DNA of 29,018 nucleotides from a virus (Duplodnaviria > Caudoviricetes), in IMG/VR virus record IMGVR_UViG_3300025889_000684, positions 1 through 29,018 of that record; one strand, 5' to 3'. Every line of letters starts with the position of its first letter. Within the stretch, counting starts at the first letter, position 1. The notes beneath the pieces were generated by a model, which was given only the letters and a program-made list of their open reading frames with translations, searched no databases and was not told the DNA's origin. This document shows, piece after piece, positions 16,093 to 25,977 of the stretch. The position numbers were made by a program, and so were the translations under genes.

Positions 16093-17034
16093 TTATGATT
16101 TATTTATTCTCATATAATATGTGTTGATTGTTGTTGTTGTTCCATCAGGAAACTCTTGTGCTCTATAATCATCTGTATTTACAAAACGTGTTTGATAATT
16201 ACCAGAACCATTTAATCGTGTATCACCCATACCAGAACCTCTAGTATTACCAGAACCAGATGTTCCTAAATTGTAACTAATAGCATATCCATCTGTTGAT
16301 GAAGCGGCTGTATATCTAATCCATCCTTGTAACAATGACTCAAATGTAGCAGTATCAAATTCTTGTAAATGATTTGAAGCATTTATATAAAAAGGAACTG
16401 TGTAAGACGTATCTGATCCATCTATTCTTTGTAGATAATAATTAGTAATAGTCGTTGGTTGGTCTAATGTTTCAGGTATAGAATCAGCAGTGTATAAAGA
16501 TGTATCTGCTCGAGTATCTACATATATTGGTGTTGATGTTCCACTAACTTCAGTAGACCCTGCTACACTAGCAGATGATGAAATATAATATGTTCCTGCT
16601 TGTTGAGTTGTTGTAGAACCAGATACTAATAAATCTATTGCAGGATGTAAAAATGTATCTTTAACATCTTGTAAAGACATTGCTTGAATATGTCCACCAG
16701 ATGTATAATAAACTGGCCAAGTTTTACCCGTATCGGTTGTAGGAGTAACAGAAGCAGTTGATGAAGATATTTTATCATATGAAACTGTAACAACTGAAGG
16801 TTCTGCTGTTGTTGCCTCACTTGGAAAAGAAGTTGTACTAGTTGATTGAGCACCTGCTTGTAATCTCGTATCATCTATTGATCCTAAAGTTCCACCCGAT
16901 CCAACAACAGATAAAGTAACACTAGGATTTAATGAATATTGATAAACGATTTGGTCTATGATTTGATCGACCTCTCCAGAGGACATCTCTTTAACATTAC
17001 CACTATCGTTTTTTAAAGGTGTTCTTACTGCCAT
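16093..17034 (-). CDS. Ser/Thr-rich putative virion protein with three internal repeats
   Basis: Composition, position after the fibre gene, and three ~100-aa units each containing DTR. Confidence 0.7.
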   Translation of the reverse strand: MAVRTPLKNDSGNVKEMSSGEVDQIIDQIVYQYSLNPSVTLSVVGSGGTLGSIDDTRLQAGAQSTSTTSFPSEATTAEPSVVTVSYDKISSSTASVTPTTDTGKTWPVYYTSGGHIQAMSLQDVKDTFLHPAIDLLVSGSTTTQQAGTYYISSSASVAGSTEVSGTSTPIYVDTRADTSLYTADSIPETLDQPTTITNYYLQRIDGSDTSYTVPFYINASNHLQEFDTATFESLLQGWIRYTAASSTDGYAISYNLGTSGSGNTRGSGMGDTRLNGSGNYQTRFVNTDDYRAQEFPDGTTTTINTYYMRINKS

Positions 17035-17052
17035 AATATATTCTTTCTCATA

Positions 17053-17060
17053 TACTTATA
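17053..17060 (-). promoter_or_regulatory. Late promoter variant TATAAGTA
   Basis: One mismatch to consensus, intergenic, 18 nt upstream of the ATG at 17034. Confidence 0.55.
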
Positions 17061-17070
17061 TGACTTCTAA

Positions 17071-17940
17071 TTATGCACCAGCGCCATATAGAGATTTCAA
17101 TACTCCTCCAGAAGAATTTAGTATCTGTAAATTAACAACAGATTTTAGTTGATCTTGTCCAACAGCGTCATCAGCAATTTTAGCTTCTGATATTTGATCG
17201 TCAGCAATATCGTCTGTTGATATTGTGCCATTTACAATCATAGCACTTGTAACAACACTTGAACTACCTGTAGTTACGATAGTACCTGTTTCATTTGGTA
17301 TAGTAATTGTTCTATCAGCAGTTGGGTCAGTTACACTAACTGTAGTTTCAAAAGCGTCAGCAGTTGCACCTTCAAATACAATAGAAGAATTAAAAGTAGG
17401 TATTGCGTCAAAAATTAAAAAGTCATCTGTTCTTGTTGATCTAATTCTAGGATAACCAGATACTTCATCAATTTGTAATAATCCTGTTGTTGTTTCAAAT
17501 GAATTTGCTCTAAATGTATCATTAATATTAATTCTTGTTGAATCAGTCGATCTAATTGTATTACCACTAATTTCGATTGTTCCTAAAGTATGTGTTGACC
17601 CTGAAGCAGTTAGATTATTTGTGATTGTAACATCATTAGGTAAACCGATAGTCAATGTATCAGTAGCAGAAACTACTGCTTCAATTTCATTTGACGTACC
17701 TAATACAGTTAATGTATCACCACCACCAATAATTTGTTGAGTAGATGAACTATCTCTAATAGTAAACCCAGCTGTATTAGTAGCAACGTTAAGTGTTTCA
17801 TTCATCGCAGCAACTAAATTAGTTGAACTTAGTGAAGCATCTAAATTCGCAATATCACCAAAGTCATTAGCTGCTAAGTCGTTAAACTGAGTTCTAAATG
17901 TTTCTAGTGTATCCGTTACTGCTATATTTTTTACTGCCAT
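17071..17940 (-). CDS. Fibre-like virion protein
   Basis: TDTLETFRTQFNDL..NLVAAMNE N-terminus, GDTLTV module, VFEGATADAFETT..DPTADRTITIP, and I.D..(I/V)...KI repeats. Confidence 0.75.
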   Translation of the reverse strand: MAVKNIAVTDTLETFRTQFNDLAANDFGDIANLDASLSSTNLVAAMNETLNVATNTAGFTIRDSSSTQQIIGGGDTLTVLGTSNEIEAVVSATDTLTIGLPNDVTITNNLTASGSTHTLGTIEISGNTIRSTDSTRININDTFRANSFETTTGLLQIDEVSGYPRIRSTRTDDFLIFDAIPTFNSSIVFEGATADAFETTVSVTDPTADRTITIPNETGTIVTTGSSSVVTSAMIVNGTISTDDIADDQISEAKIADDAVGQDQLKSVVNLQILNSSGGVLKSLYGAGA

Positions 17941-17941
17941 T

Positions 17942-18163
17942 TTATTTACTTAATACTCCCTTAATCAAATCTTTAATTTCTCTTAATTCTGCCTTTAGAT
18001 TATTTATTTCTTTTACTGTATTTCTTATCTCATCACCTTGTTTTTCTCTCGCTCTCACTCTTGCCATATACAAACTATATTCTGTTGTATTTGTGTGTAC
18101 AATAGCGTTAGATTTTACATCTCTAACTAAACTTTCAAATCCTTCTACTTTTACTTTACTCAT
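17942..18163 (-). CDS. Conserved small coiled-coil protein downstream of the VrlC-like gene
   Basis: VKVEGFESLVRD..SNAIV.TN..EY plus heptad C-terminus EINNLKAELREIKDLI. Confidence 0.75.
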   Translation of the reverse strand: MSKVKVEGFESLVRDVKSNAIVHTNTTEYSLYMARVRAREKQGDEIRNTVKEINNLKAELREIKDLIKGVLSK

Positions 18164-18164
18164 A

Positions 18165-21100
18165 TTAAACTGCCAATGCTATTGTTCTAAAATCTTTTAA
18201 TCTCGCTGGTAACGCTGATACCGTACCATTAAAGACTACTTTAATTTGGAAAGATGTAAATTCAGGTAACGCACTAGCGCTGAATTTGTAATCTTTGAAA
18301 TCTAAATCTAATATGACATCACCATTTGACGGATCAACAGTCACATCTGAACTACCATCTGTATTAAATGGTGTAAATGGTATATCTTCAATTCTTCTTG
18401 TTTCTTCTCCACCAGATAATCTGTAGTAACATTTAATGGAAGACGTTGATCTTACACTAGCCGCTAATCGTACATCTAATGCTGTTGAAGCATTTGCAAG
18501 AGTTACAGGTTTAGTTATATAAGAACCTGCAGACGAACCACCCTCAGTTGCTGTGTCATCTTCAAAATCTACTGTGTTTGTAATTTTAGCAATAACTTTT
18601 GATCCACTTGCTGGAGCAGAAGTCAAAGTTAAAGTTGTACCTGAAACTGTAAAGTCATCAACTGGTTGTAATTTTTTACCGTCTTTTTTAACAGCTAATA
18701 AGTGAACACTTGTTGGTGTGCCAGATAAAGTAAACGCAACTGTTGAACCATCGCCTGTAAATGTATTTGTAGATGATACAGTAGGATTATTTAATCTATT
18801 TGAAATTGTAAAAGCATTAACTCGCTTTAAATCTATAACTGGTGACAAGTTAGCATTAGATGATGTAATTGTTAAATTAACTACAAAAGATTTTGAACCT
18901 GACAATTCATTTGTTTGGTTAATATCACTTGCAACTAATCTTGGATTATCAAAATACAAGTTATCACCTAATACAACTGATTCAGCAGCTGTACTTGCTT
19001 GTAAACTAAATGCTGTTTCTGAACCGTGAACTGATTTACCAGATGTTGTTCTTAGAGCAGATGTAATAGATGTTGCTGGGTGTACTACATTTCCAATTTG
19101 TAATTGTAACACATCAAACAATCTATTTTGTGTTGCTGTAACTGTAGAACCACCAACATCACCTGTAGCTGTTGCTGTTCCTGAAGTTGTTACATCATAA
19201 CTATCTAATGTAATGTTTGAAATACTTGTATATGTTCCATTTATATCACTATGAGCAATTCCGTTATATGTACCTGAAGCTAAACCAGCGATTGTTACAT
19301 TGTCTGTTGTAGAATGCATTCCGTGATTTTTGTGGAATACTCTAATAACACCAGAACCATTAAATGTTCTAATTGGATTACTTGCTAATGTTTTACTAGG
19401 TAAACTTGCATTTGCTAATGTAAGTGTACCTGTACTTGAAATGTCAAATACAGCTTTTTTAAGTTTAAATTTTAAATCTTCCATTTGTTCAGCAGACCAA
19501 GTACGATTATTAGCTGATTTAAATAATACGCCAGATGCGGGTTGTTTAGATACTGTACGATCTGAACCAATTACTGTATCACCCAATCTTGCAACATATG
19601 CTGTATAATCTGTAGAGTCTGAATATAATACTATAGCGTATTCAATACCTTCTTGTAAATAAACAGGAGAATCAAAAGTAAATGTTGTTGCTGTTGAACC
19701 ATCTGTACTTGTATTTACAGAACTTGGATTTAACCATTTTGTTGAAAAAGGTATAACTTTTGAACCTGGATAACCATTTACCATATTTCGTATTTCTGCT
19801 TTGACTGGTATAGTTGTTGATTTTGTAGCAAAATAAGCATCTAAACTTGTTATAAAAATACCATCTTCTACATCAACTACAAATGATTGAGCTAATGGAT
19901 CAAAATTTCCTGAATCTCCTCCAGTATCTTGTTGTTGTACAGCAATAACTCTACTTGCTGATCGAGTGGTTGTTCTTGTTGATGTGACTGTTGATCTTGT
20001 AGTAGTTGCTTCTCTTGTAGAAACAATTGCTTCTTGTACAGTTTCTAATAAACCTTTTGCATCATAATTTGCTTCAGCTGCTGTCGCAACATTTGTTTTA
20101 TCTTGGGAATTTGTAGATGAACTTGTTAATCTGAAAACTCTCTTACCTGTTCGCCATCTTGGATTTGATGAAACTTTTGGATCAGGTATAGCAAATGTAC
20201 CTTTTATATAACCATTTGTATTTGTAACTAAATTACCACCTAATGAACCTCCATCTGGTGTTACATAACTTGAAACATCTATATTATCAAAGAAAGAATA
20301 AACTCTTGTATTAGGTCTTAATCCATAACCTTCAAAAGTAACTGTTCTACTTCTAATAAAAGGAACAAAGGCAACTGCTATAACTCTATTACCTAAACTT
20401 TGTCTAACTGTTTGTGGTACGATTGTTGTTCTAATTCCACTTCTAGTTTGTACCACATCTTGCGATGTTGTTTCCACTAAAGAGTTACCTTGCCAACTTT
20501 GATTTGATCTAGGATTACCAGACCATTGATCTTGCCATTCATTCCATTCAGTACCGACTGGAATTTCAGTTGTACTAGAATTATTTAATCCTCTATCTCT
20601 AATTAAATTGTCCCAAGTTCCTGTTGTTAAATTTACAACCAATTCAGGAGCAACTTGCGTTTCTTTCCATTCGTCAACTGGTGGGTCTAAATTAATATCA
20701 CCTACCCAATTAAATATTAAAAATGGATTTAAATTCTCTGTTTTAGTTGCATAAGGTTGTTCTAAGTATGTTGTTTCTGTATAAGGTAATGTTATTAGAT
20801 CACCTGTTTTAGCATAATTGGCAGCTGTTCTATCAGCAGAAACTATTGCTGTTAAATCATCATCTATTTCTTCTAATTCTACCACATCTTCATTAAATGG
20901 TGTTCTTGCTTCACCTCTACCTCTATCAATAGATAATTTGTAATCATTATTTCCTACATCACCAACATTGTGGCCTGTAAAATTATCTACAACAAAACCA
21001 TTTTTAAATCTATCGAAACCATCGGCATCTTGTATTTGTAAACTTTGAGCATCAGCTTCTAATAAAGATAATTGAGTGTAATATTCTATATTTCTAATTC

Positions 21101-24100
21101 TATTTTCTAAACGACCAATATCTCTCATTGTGTATCGTTTATTGTCTTCAGGTATAATAATTACATCTGCAGTATTTAAAGTATAACTTGGTATAGTTAA
21201 AGTTGCCAATAATAAATGGCCGTCTAAATTACCAGGTTCTAATGGATTAATTGCAGAAGCACCTTTAAGTGCTTTTAATTCACCATCTCTAGTAATAAAA
21301 ATTTTGTCTATTCTATTTAAATAATATTCAAAGTCAGTAGTTACATCAGCATTAAATTGTACAATATCAATTGTTGATGAACCTGTACCGCTATAATTTC
21401 TATCTGCTGAACCAGAACCAATTGTAGAGTTGTCTGCAACTCTTGGTCTAAAATCTAAACTATCTCTTAATTCATATTTTTCACCAGTAGTGTCTGAAGT
21501 ATAACTTGGAATATTTTCATAATCAATAACTCCTGAATATGAATCTACGTCAAAGTAATCGCCAGAACCGTGTGAGAAATAATCAAAGTCAACAAGTAAT
21601 TGACCTGTTGGTCTAATTGCACCTGGTTTTAATTTTAATCTACCAATATCATAGTAGTTATCTCTTTGACCTGTATCTAAATCAAAACGACTTGTAATAT
21701 TTGTGTCTGAACTTGTAGCAGCTGATCCAAAACCACTTGACATATAAACATTATTAATTTGATAAACGTCTGCCTTACCTAATCCAATTACACCACTTTC
21801 AATTGTTGTTTGTGATGAAATAGCAACTGTTGAACTAGAGTTTAAAGTTTTAGTTTTAGAACCAGCAACTGTTCTTTGTGCGGTTGCATAAATTTTTATT
21901 TTATGACCTTGGAAATCTGCACCAAAATCTAATGTTAATGTTTTACCAGTTGGTGAACCACCTAATGTAAAGATTGAATCTCCTTCGTGGTTATTACCTT
22001 CTAAATTTAATACATCACCAACAGCTCCTGTTGAACCAGCACCAGTTGTCATAATTGAAACTGTAAAGTCATCACTAGCGTTTGACGCAAAAGTTTCATT
22101 TGTACCAGCAGTGATTGTTGCGTCACCATTTGATGATAATGTTGCTGTAAATTGTCTTCGTACATTAAAGTTTGTATCAGTAGCACCACTATTTGCAGTA
22201 GTTTTTAAAGTTTTAACTGTTACGTGTGGTAACTTAAAAATAGAAATATTGTTTTCAGGATTTTGTAATTTAGCTCTTCTTCTTGTTAGTACCGCAGCAG
22301 TTGAAACATCAGAACCTCCTACAGCACTTGTTAATTCTAATTCTGTTTGAGAAACAATATAATTTACAGTTGCAGTTATTGTAGAACCTGCGTCATTTGT
22401 AAATGAAATTGAATCACCAATTTTTAAATCTGTTGTGAAATTTGTTCCTTTACCTAATAATGTTTTTGCTGAATTAGCAATTGATACGTTACCTGTAATA
22501 ACATAATTGTCACCATAAGTTGAAGTTAAAACTGTATCAGCAGTATAAGTTGGAGAACCAGCCATACCAATTTGTTTAACAGCAGAAATATCTCTTGTTC
22601 TAACTCCTAAAAATCCTAATACATCACTTTGAATTGTTGAACTTGCATTTGAAGTTTGACCTGTAACTACTTCGCCTGCACTAAATGTTCCTTTTACATT
22701 TGATAAAACAATTGTAGTATGTTTTACTGTTGGAGCAGAACTAAATGAAGTTACGTTTTGAGCAACTTTTCCATTTGAACTATACAATTCAAAAGTATTT
22801 GTTGTTGCGTTTCTTACTGTGTAAACTCCTTCACTATAAGCTGTTGAATCTATTTGAAAAGAACCACCAGATAAAGTAATTTGTTGTCCATCATTAAATC
22901 CGTGAGAAGCTAAAGTTACTACACCAGGATTTGCAACAGAAATTGAAGATACAGCAGCTGATTTAGTTGCAGTAACACTTTGTACAACACCAGTAGCACC
23001 TGAAGTTGCACCAGATACAATTTCTCCTGTTGTATAAGAAACTGAAGTAGTTGTATTTAAGTGTGTAAACATTTCAATATCAAACAAGTAATGTCTGTAT
23101 ATTGAAGAAGTTGCATTTATATCGGCACTTTCGGTAGCTGATACCGTTTCAAAACCACGAGATTTTGCTCTACCAATTTGTGGTACAGTTACACCTACAG
23201 TTGATTGTTGAGTACCTCTTACTGAAGTAACGGTATCAAATAAATTTATAGATTTAAAAGCTTCTACATCACCTGAAACAAATCCTACATCAGGCGTTCC
23301 GTAAACATTTGTTACATTTATATAATTTTTTACGTTGTATCTTGTTTTGTGATTATTTGCAGTTTCAAAATCTCTTGCTTTATCAATATCAACAAAAGTT
23401 GTTCCTAATCTTTCTGCCTCATAACCTCTAACATATGCTTTAAATGGTGAAATACCAATTGCAAGTTTAGTAGTATCTCCACCGTTACCTGCAGTATAAA
23501 TTCCTCTATTGTTACCTGAACTTAAATGTTCTCTTACATCAAAATCAGGATTTGATAAAACATAATCTCCTGATTCGTCAAACGTTCTTCTTGCTAGAGT
23601 ATCTTCTAATACAGCATATTCTGTATTTCTAACTAATGTTTTAATTACACCATTTTCAACACGAGCAATTTCAAAAAAGTTTTCATCTTCAGTAGAAGCT
23701 AAAGTTTTTTTGGCTAGTGTTAATAAAATTTTAAATCTGTGAGCGCCTGGAGCATTAACGTTTGATGAACCAGCAGCGTTATCATTTAAACTTGCGTCAT
23801 CATTTGGAGTTACAAAAGATTCTGTAACTGTAAAACCTATTCTATATGATGGTGTATTAGTATATTTGTCTAATATCAAAGTTGAAGTGTCAACTTGTAC
23901 AAAAAAACCATTGATATAATATACACCTTGTTTAATTGAGGCAGCTGAGCCTGTTGCTGTTGTGTCAACTACAGCAGTAGGATTTCCTGTGGCATTCGAA
24001 GTTATAGTTTCACCGTTAGTAAAAACGTAAGAAGTATTATTTGTTCCTGTTTTAGAATATTTAACATATAAAGTATCAGGATCAGTTCCGTCTGTAACAT

Positions 24101-24428
24101 CAACTTTAACAACTGTACCTACAACTCCTGAAGAATTACCTGTAACTGTTGTGTTTAAATATGTTGATAATAATAAAGCTGATTTTGAAGTTAATTTTAC
24201 GGCAGTATAATTTGTGTCAATTGATACCTGACCAGGTATAATCATAGCACCCTGTTTGAAAAGATGATCACCAACTTTTTCAATTTGGTTCTGTAATATT
24301 GTTTGTGATTGTGTTAACTCTCTTGCTTGAACTGCAAATGATGGCCTAAAAAGAACTCTATGGAACTTCTTACTTTCAACATAGTCGTCAAAGTATGGAG
24401 AGAGATTAAAATCAGTTGGACTTGGCAT
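18165..24428 (-). CDS. Large virion structural protein, VrlC/DUF4815-like (2087 aa)
   Basis: PYFDDY..FHRVLFRP..VQARELTQ.QTILQNQI, APGAHR, LARRTFDESGDY, YTMRDIG, RFKNGFVVDNF, DPLAQSF; located directly after gp8 as in marine T4-like phages. Confidence 0.9.
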   Translation of the reverse strand: MPSPTDFNLSPYFDDYVESKKFHRVLFRPSFAVQARELTQSQTILQNQIEKVGDHLFKQGAMIIPGQVSIDTNYTAVKLTSKSALLLSTYLNTTVTGNSSGVVGTVVKVDVTDGTDPDTLYVKYSKTGTNNTSYVFTNGETITSNATGNPTAVVDTTATGSAASIKQGVYYINGFFVQVDTSTLILDKYTNTPSYRIGFTVTESFVTPNDDASLNDNAAGSSNVNAPGAHRFKILLTLAKKTLASTEDENFFEIARVENGVIKTLVRNTEYAVLEDTLARRTFDESGDYVLSNPDFDVREHLSSGNNRGIYTAGNGGDTTKLAIGISPFKAYVRGYEAERLGTTFVDIDKARDFETANNHKTRYNVKNYINVTNVYGTPDVGFVSGDVEAFKSINLFDTVTSVRGTQQSTVGVTVPQIGRAKSRGFETVSATESADINATSSIYRHYLFDIEMFTHLNTTTSVSYTTGEIVSGATSGATGVVQSVTATKSAAVSSISVANPGVVTLASHGFNDGQQITLSGGSFQIDSTAYSEGVYTVRNATTNTFELYSSNGKVAQNVTSFSSAPTVKHTTIVLSNVKGTFSAGEVVTGQTSNASSTIQSDVLGFLGVRTRDISAVKQIGMAGSPTYTADTVLTSTYGDNYVITGNVSIANSAKTLLGKGTNFTTDLKIGDSISFTNDAGSTITATVNYIVSQTELELTSAVGGSDVSTAAVLTRRRAKLQNPENNISIFKLPHVTVKTLKTTANSGATDTNFNVRRQFTATLSSNGDATITAGTNETFASNASDDFTVSIMTTGAGSTGAVGDVLNLEGNNHEGDSIFTLGGSPTGKTLTLDFGADFQGHKIKIYATAQRTVAGSKTKTLNSSSTVAISSQTTIESGVIGLGKADVYQINNVYMSSGFGSAATSSDTNITSRFDLDTGQRDNYYDIGRLKLKPGAIRPTGQLLVDFDYFSHGSGDYFDVDSYSGVIDYENIPSYTSDTTGEKYELRDSLDFRPRVADNSTIGSGSADRNYSGTGSSTIDIVQFNADVTTDFEYYLNRIDKIFITRDGELKALKGASAINPLEPGNLDGHLLLATLTIPSYTLNTADVIIIPEDNKRYTMRDIGRLENRIRNIEYYTQLSLLEADAQSLQIQDADGFDRFKNGFVVDNFTGHNVGDVGNNDYKLSIDRGRGEARTPFNEDVVELEEIDDDLTAIVSADRTAANYAKTGDLITLPYTETTYLEQPYATKTENLNPFLIFNWVGDINLDPPVDEWKETQVAPELVVNLTTGTWDNLIRDRGLNNSSTTEIPVGTEWNEWQDQWSGNPRSNQSWQGNSLVETTSQDVVQTRSGIRTTIVPQTVRQSLGNRVIAVAFVPFIRSRTVTFEGYGLRPNTRVYSFFDNIDVSSYVTPDGGSLGGNLVTNTNGYIKGTFAIPDPKVSSNPRWRTGKRVFRLTSSSTNSQDKTNVATAAEANYDAKGLLETVQEAIVSTREATTTRSTVTSTRTTTRSASRVIAVQQQDTGGDSGNFDPLAQSFVVDVEDGIFITSLDAYFATKSTTIPVKAEIRNMVNGYPGSKVIPFSTKWLNPSSVNTSTDGSTATTFTFDSPVYLQEGIEYAIVLYSDSTDYTAYVARLGDTVIGSDRTVSKQPASGVLFKSANNRTWSAEQMEDLKFKLKKAVFDISSTGTLTLANASLPSKTLASNPIRTFNGSGVIRVFHKNHGMHSTTDNVTIAGLASGTYNGIAHSDINGTYTSISNITLDSYDVTTSGTATATGDVGGSTVTATQNRLFDVLQLQIGNVVHPATSITSALRTTSGKSVHGSETAFSLQASTAAESVVLGDNLYFDNPRLVASDINQTNELSGSKSFVVNLTITSSNANLSPVIDLKRVNAFTISNRLNNPTVSSTNTFTGDGSTVAFTLSGTPTSVHLLAVKKDGKKLQPVDDFTVSGTTLTLTSAPASGSKVIAKITNTVDFEDDTATEGGSSAGSYITKPVTLANASTALDVRLAASVRSTSSIKCYYRLSGGEETRRIEDIPFTPFNTDGSSDVTVDPSNGDVILDLDFKDYKFSASALPEFTSFQIKVVFNGTVSALPARLKDFRTIALAV

Positions 24429-24447
24429 TTATTAAAGTATCCTCTCG

Positions 24448-25935
24448 TTAAAATTCTATAATCAATTTAATATTTTCAGTTTGGTCTGTTGCTCTTGTTA
24501 TTGGTGCTCTGTTCTCTATATAAATTACATCACCTGTATTGTGATCTAATTCTGAATTAGAATAACCAGATGTAAATGATACATTGTTAACTGTTCCATT
24601 TTCTGTTGTATCAACTGAACCAGTAACTGAAGAACTTTGACCTGTTATTGTATTATTACCTGAGAATGCTGTTAGATTACCATTACTATCAAGTCCTTCA
24701 TCATTAAATCTTGTTTGTATGTAATACAAAATATTGTTTGAACTATCCCATTCTACAACTTTACCTACAGCACCTGTTGTCGCTTGATTGATTTCTTCAT
24801 CAACTGTAAAGTTACCTGATGGTGAACTAATTTTTATAGCTTTAGTTACTCTTAAAGTAGTTCCAGTTGCAGCAGATCCATTTGAATTAGGATCTCTCAG
24901 TAAAACTATTTTTCTAAAATCATTTGTTGCAGTGAAGTCACCTGAATTTGCTAATTCAGCTCCTTCTAAATTTGTATTCATCATTACAAAGAAGGCACCT
25001 AGTTCATTTTTAGCATTTGAACCGTGACCACCTTTTGGACCAATAATTACATCTAATTCTGCGCCAGACAAACTTGTTGCTCCAGCAGTAACTATTTGTG
25101 CATTACTAACGGTACCAAAAGTATATCCTGTACCCGCAGTTGTTACAGTTACTGTAGTTACTATACCCCCAGCAACTGTTACTGAACACTTACCGGCTGT
25201 ACCATCTCCTCGTATATCTATGTTTGTGAATGTGCCATTTGTTCCACCAGAACCTGCAGCTTTAATTTTGATTATGTCTATTGCGCCATCGACAGCAGCA
25301 GATATTACATTTGATTGTCCTGTACCTGCACTGGCATTTGTAGTTACAGCCATAAAATCTGTAGATAAGAAATTTGTTTGTTCAGCTGCGGATAAAGTGT
25401 ACATATATTTCCACTTATATCCGTCTCCTGTAGTTAACGTAGTAATTGAAGTTCCAGTAGGTTCTACTGTTGAATTAGCACCACTATTATTATCTAAACA
25501 TTTATAAACATTAAAGTTTGAATTTAATACATAAAAAGTTGAATCAAATAATGTAGTTGCACTACTATCTGATGTAACTCTTGTTGATGTAGAACCAGTT
25601 ACATATTGACCATAGTCGTGTCTATAATAATCATAAACTGTACCTGTTGTCCAATTTCTTCTTGGTACAACAAATGCTGTATCAGAACTTGTAACTCGTT
25701 TTATAGCTAATAGATCATCAAAACTATTAAATTCTGTTGAAACTGAATCTGCAGGTGTTATAGGAGATGTATCTGTTCCTTCATAATCTGTACGACCATC
25801 ACCTCTTGTTAATGTTCCCCATGCTTGAGGACGACCAATTCCTAAATAATAAACATTAGGTGAAGCTTCTGAAAAAGATTCACTAAATTGTTCCGCATTA
25901 TGTATTCTAAATTTATTTGTAATAATTGCTGGCAT
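24448..25935 (-). CDS. gp8: Baseplate wedge subunit gp8
   Basis: MPAIITNKFRI.NA, VVPRRNW..G..YD.Y, VYKCLDN, DGYKWKYMY, PKGGHG, GDVIYIENR.PITR..DQTENIKLIIEF. Confidence 0.9.
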   Translation of the reverse strand: MPAIITNKFRIHNAEQFSESFSEASPNVYYLGIGRPQAWGTLTRGDGRTDYEGTDTSPITPADSVSTEFNSFDDLLAIKRVTSSDTAFVVPRRNWTTGTVYDYYRHDYGQYVTGSTSTRVTSDSSATTLFDSTFYVLNSNFNVYKCLDNNSGANSTVEPTGTSITTLTTGDGYKWKYMYTLSAAEQTNFLSTDFMAVTTNASAGTGQSNVISAAVDGAIDIIKIKAAGSGGTNGTFTNIDIRGDGTAGKCSVTVAGGIVTTVTVTTAGTGYTFGTVSNAQIVTAGATSLSGAELDVIIGPKGGHGSNAKNELGAFFVMMNTNLEGAELANSGDFTATNDFRKIVLLRDPNSNGSAATGTTLRVTKAIKISSPSGNFTVDEEINQATTGAVGKVVEWDSSNNILYYIQTRFNDEGLDSNGNLTAFSGNNTITGQSSSVTGSVDTTENGTVNNVSFTSGYSNSELDHNTGDVIYIENRAPITRATDQTENIKLIIEF

Positions 25936-25940
25936 ATATC

Positions 25941-25977
25941 TATTTATACTTGTTTATAATCCTTTATTATATTTATA
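25941..25977 (-). promoter_or_regulatory. Tandem late promoters TATAAATA (25970-25977 and 25941-25948) upstream of gp8
   Basis: Two exact consensus sites; the proximal one is 5 nt from the gp8 ATG. Confidence 0.75.

Noticed and set aside
16101-18008. AATAAATA variants at 16101-16108 and 18001-18008 as additional late promoters
   Set aside because: One-mismatch sites inside coding sequence are common by chance at this AT content; not called without TSS data.
2581-25507. Track ORFs 2581..2772+, 5825..6013+, 7944..8327-, 8478..8702-, 10311..10496+, 16635..16874-, 17225..17455+, 17898..18200+, 18718..19029+, 19330..19608+, 22111..22350+, 24788..25027+, 25220..25507+
   Set aside because: Antisense or off-frame shadows of well-supported genes, with no recognisable motifs.
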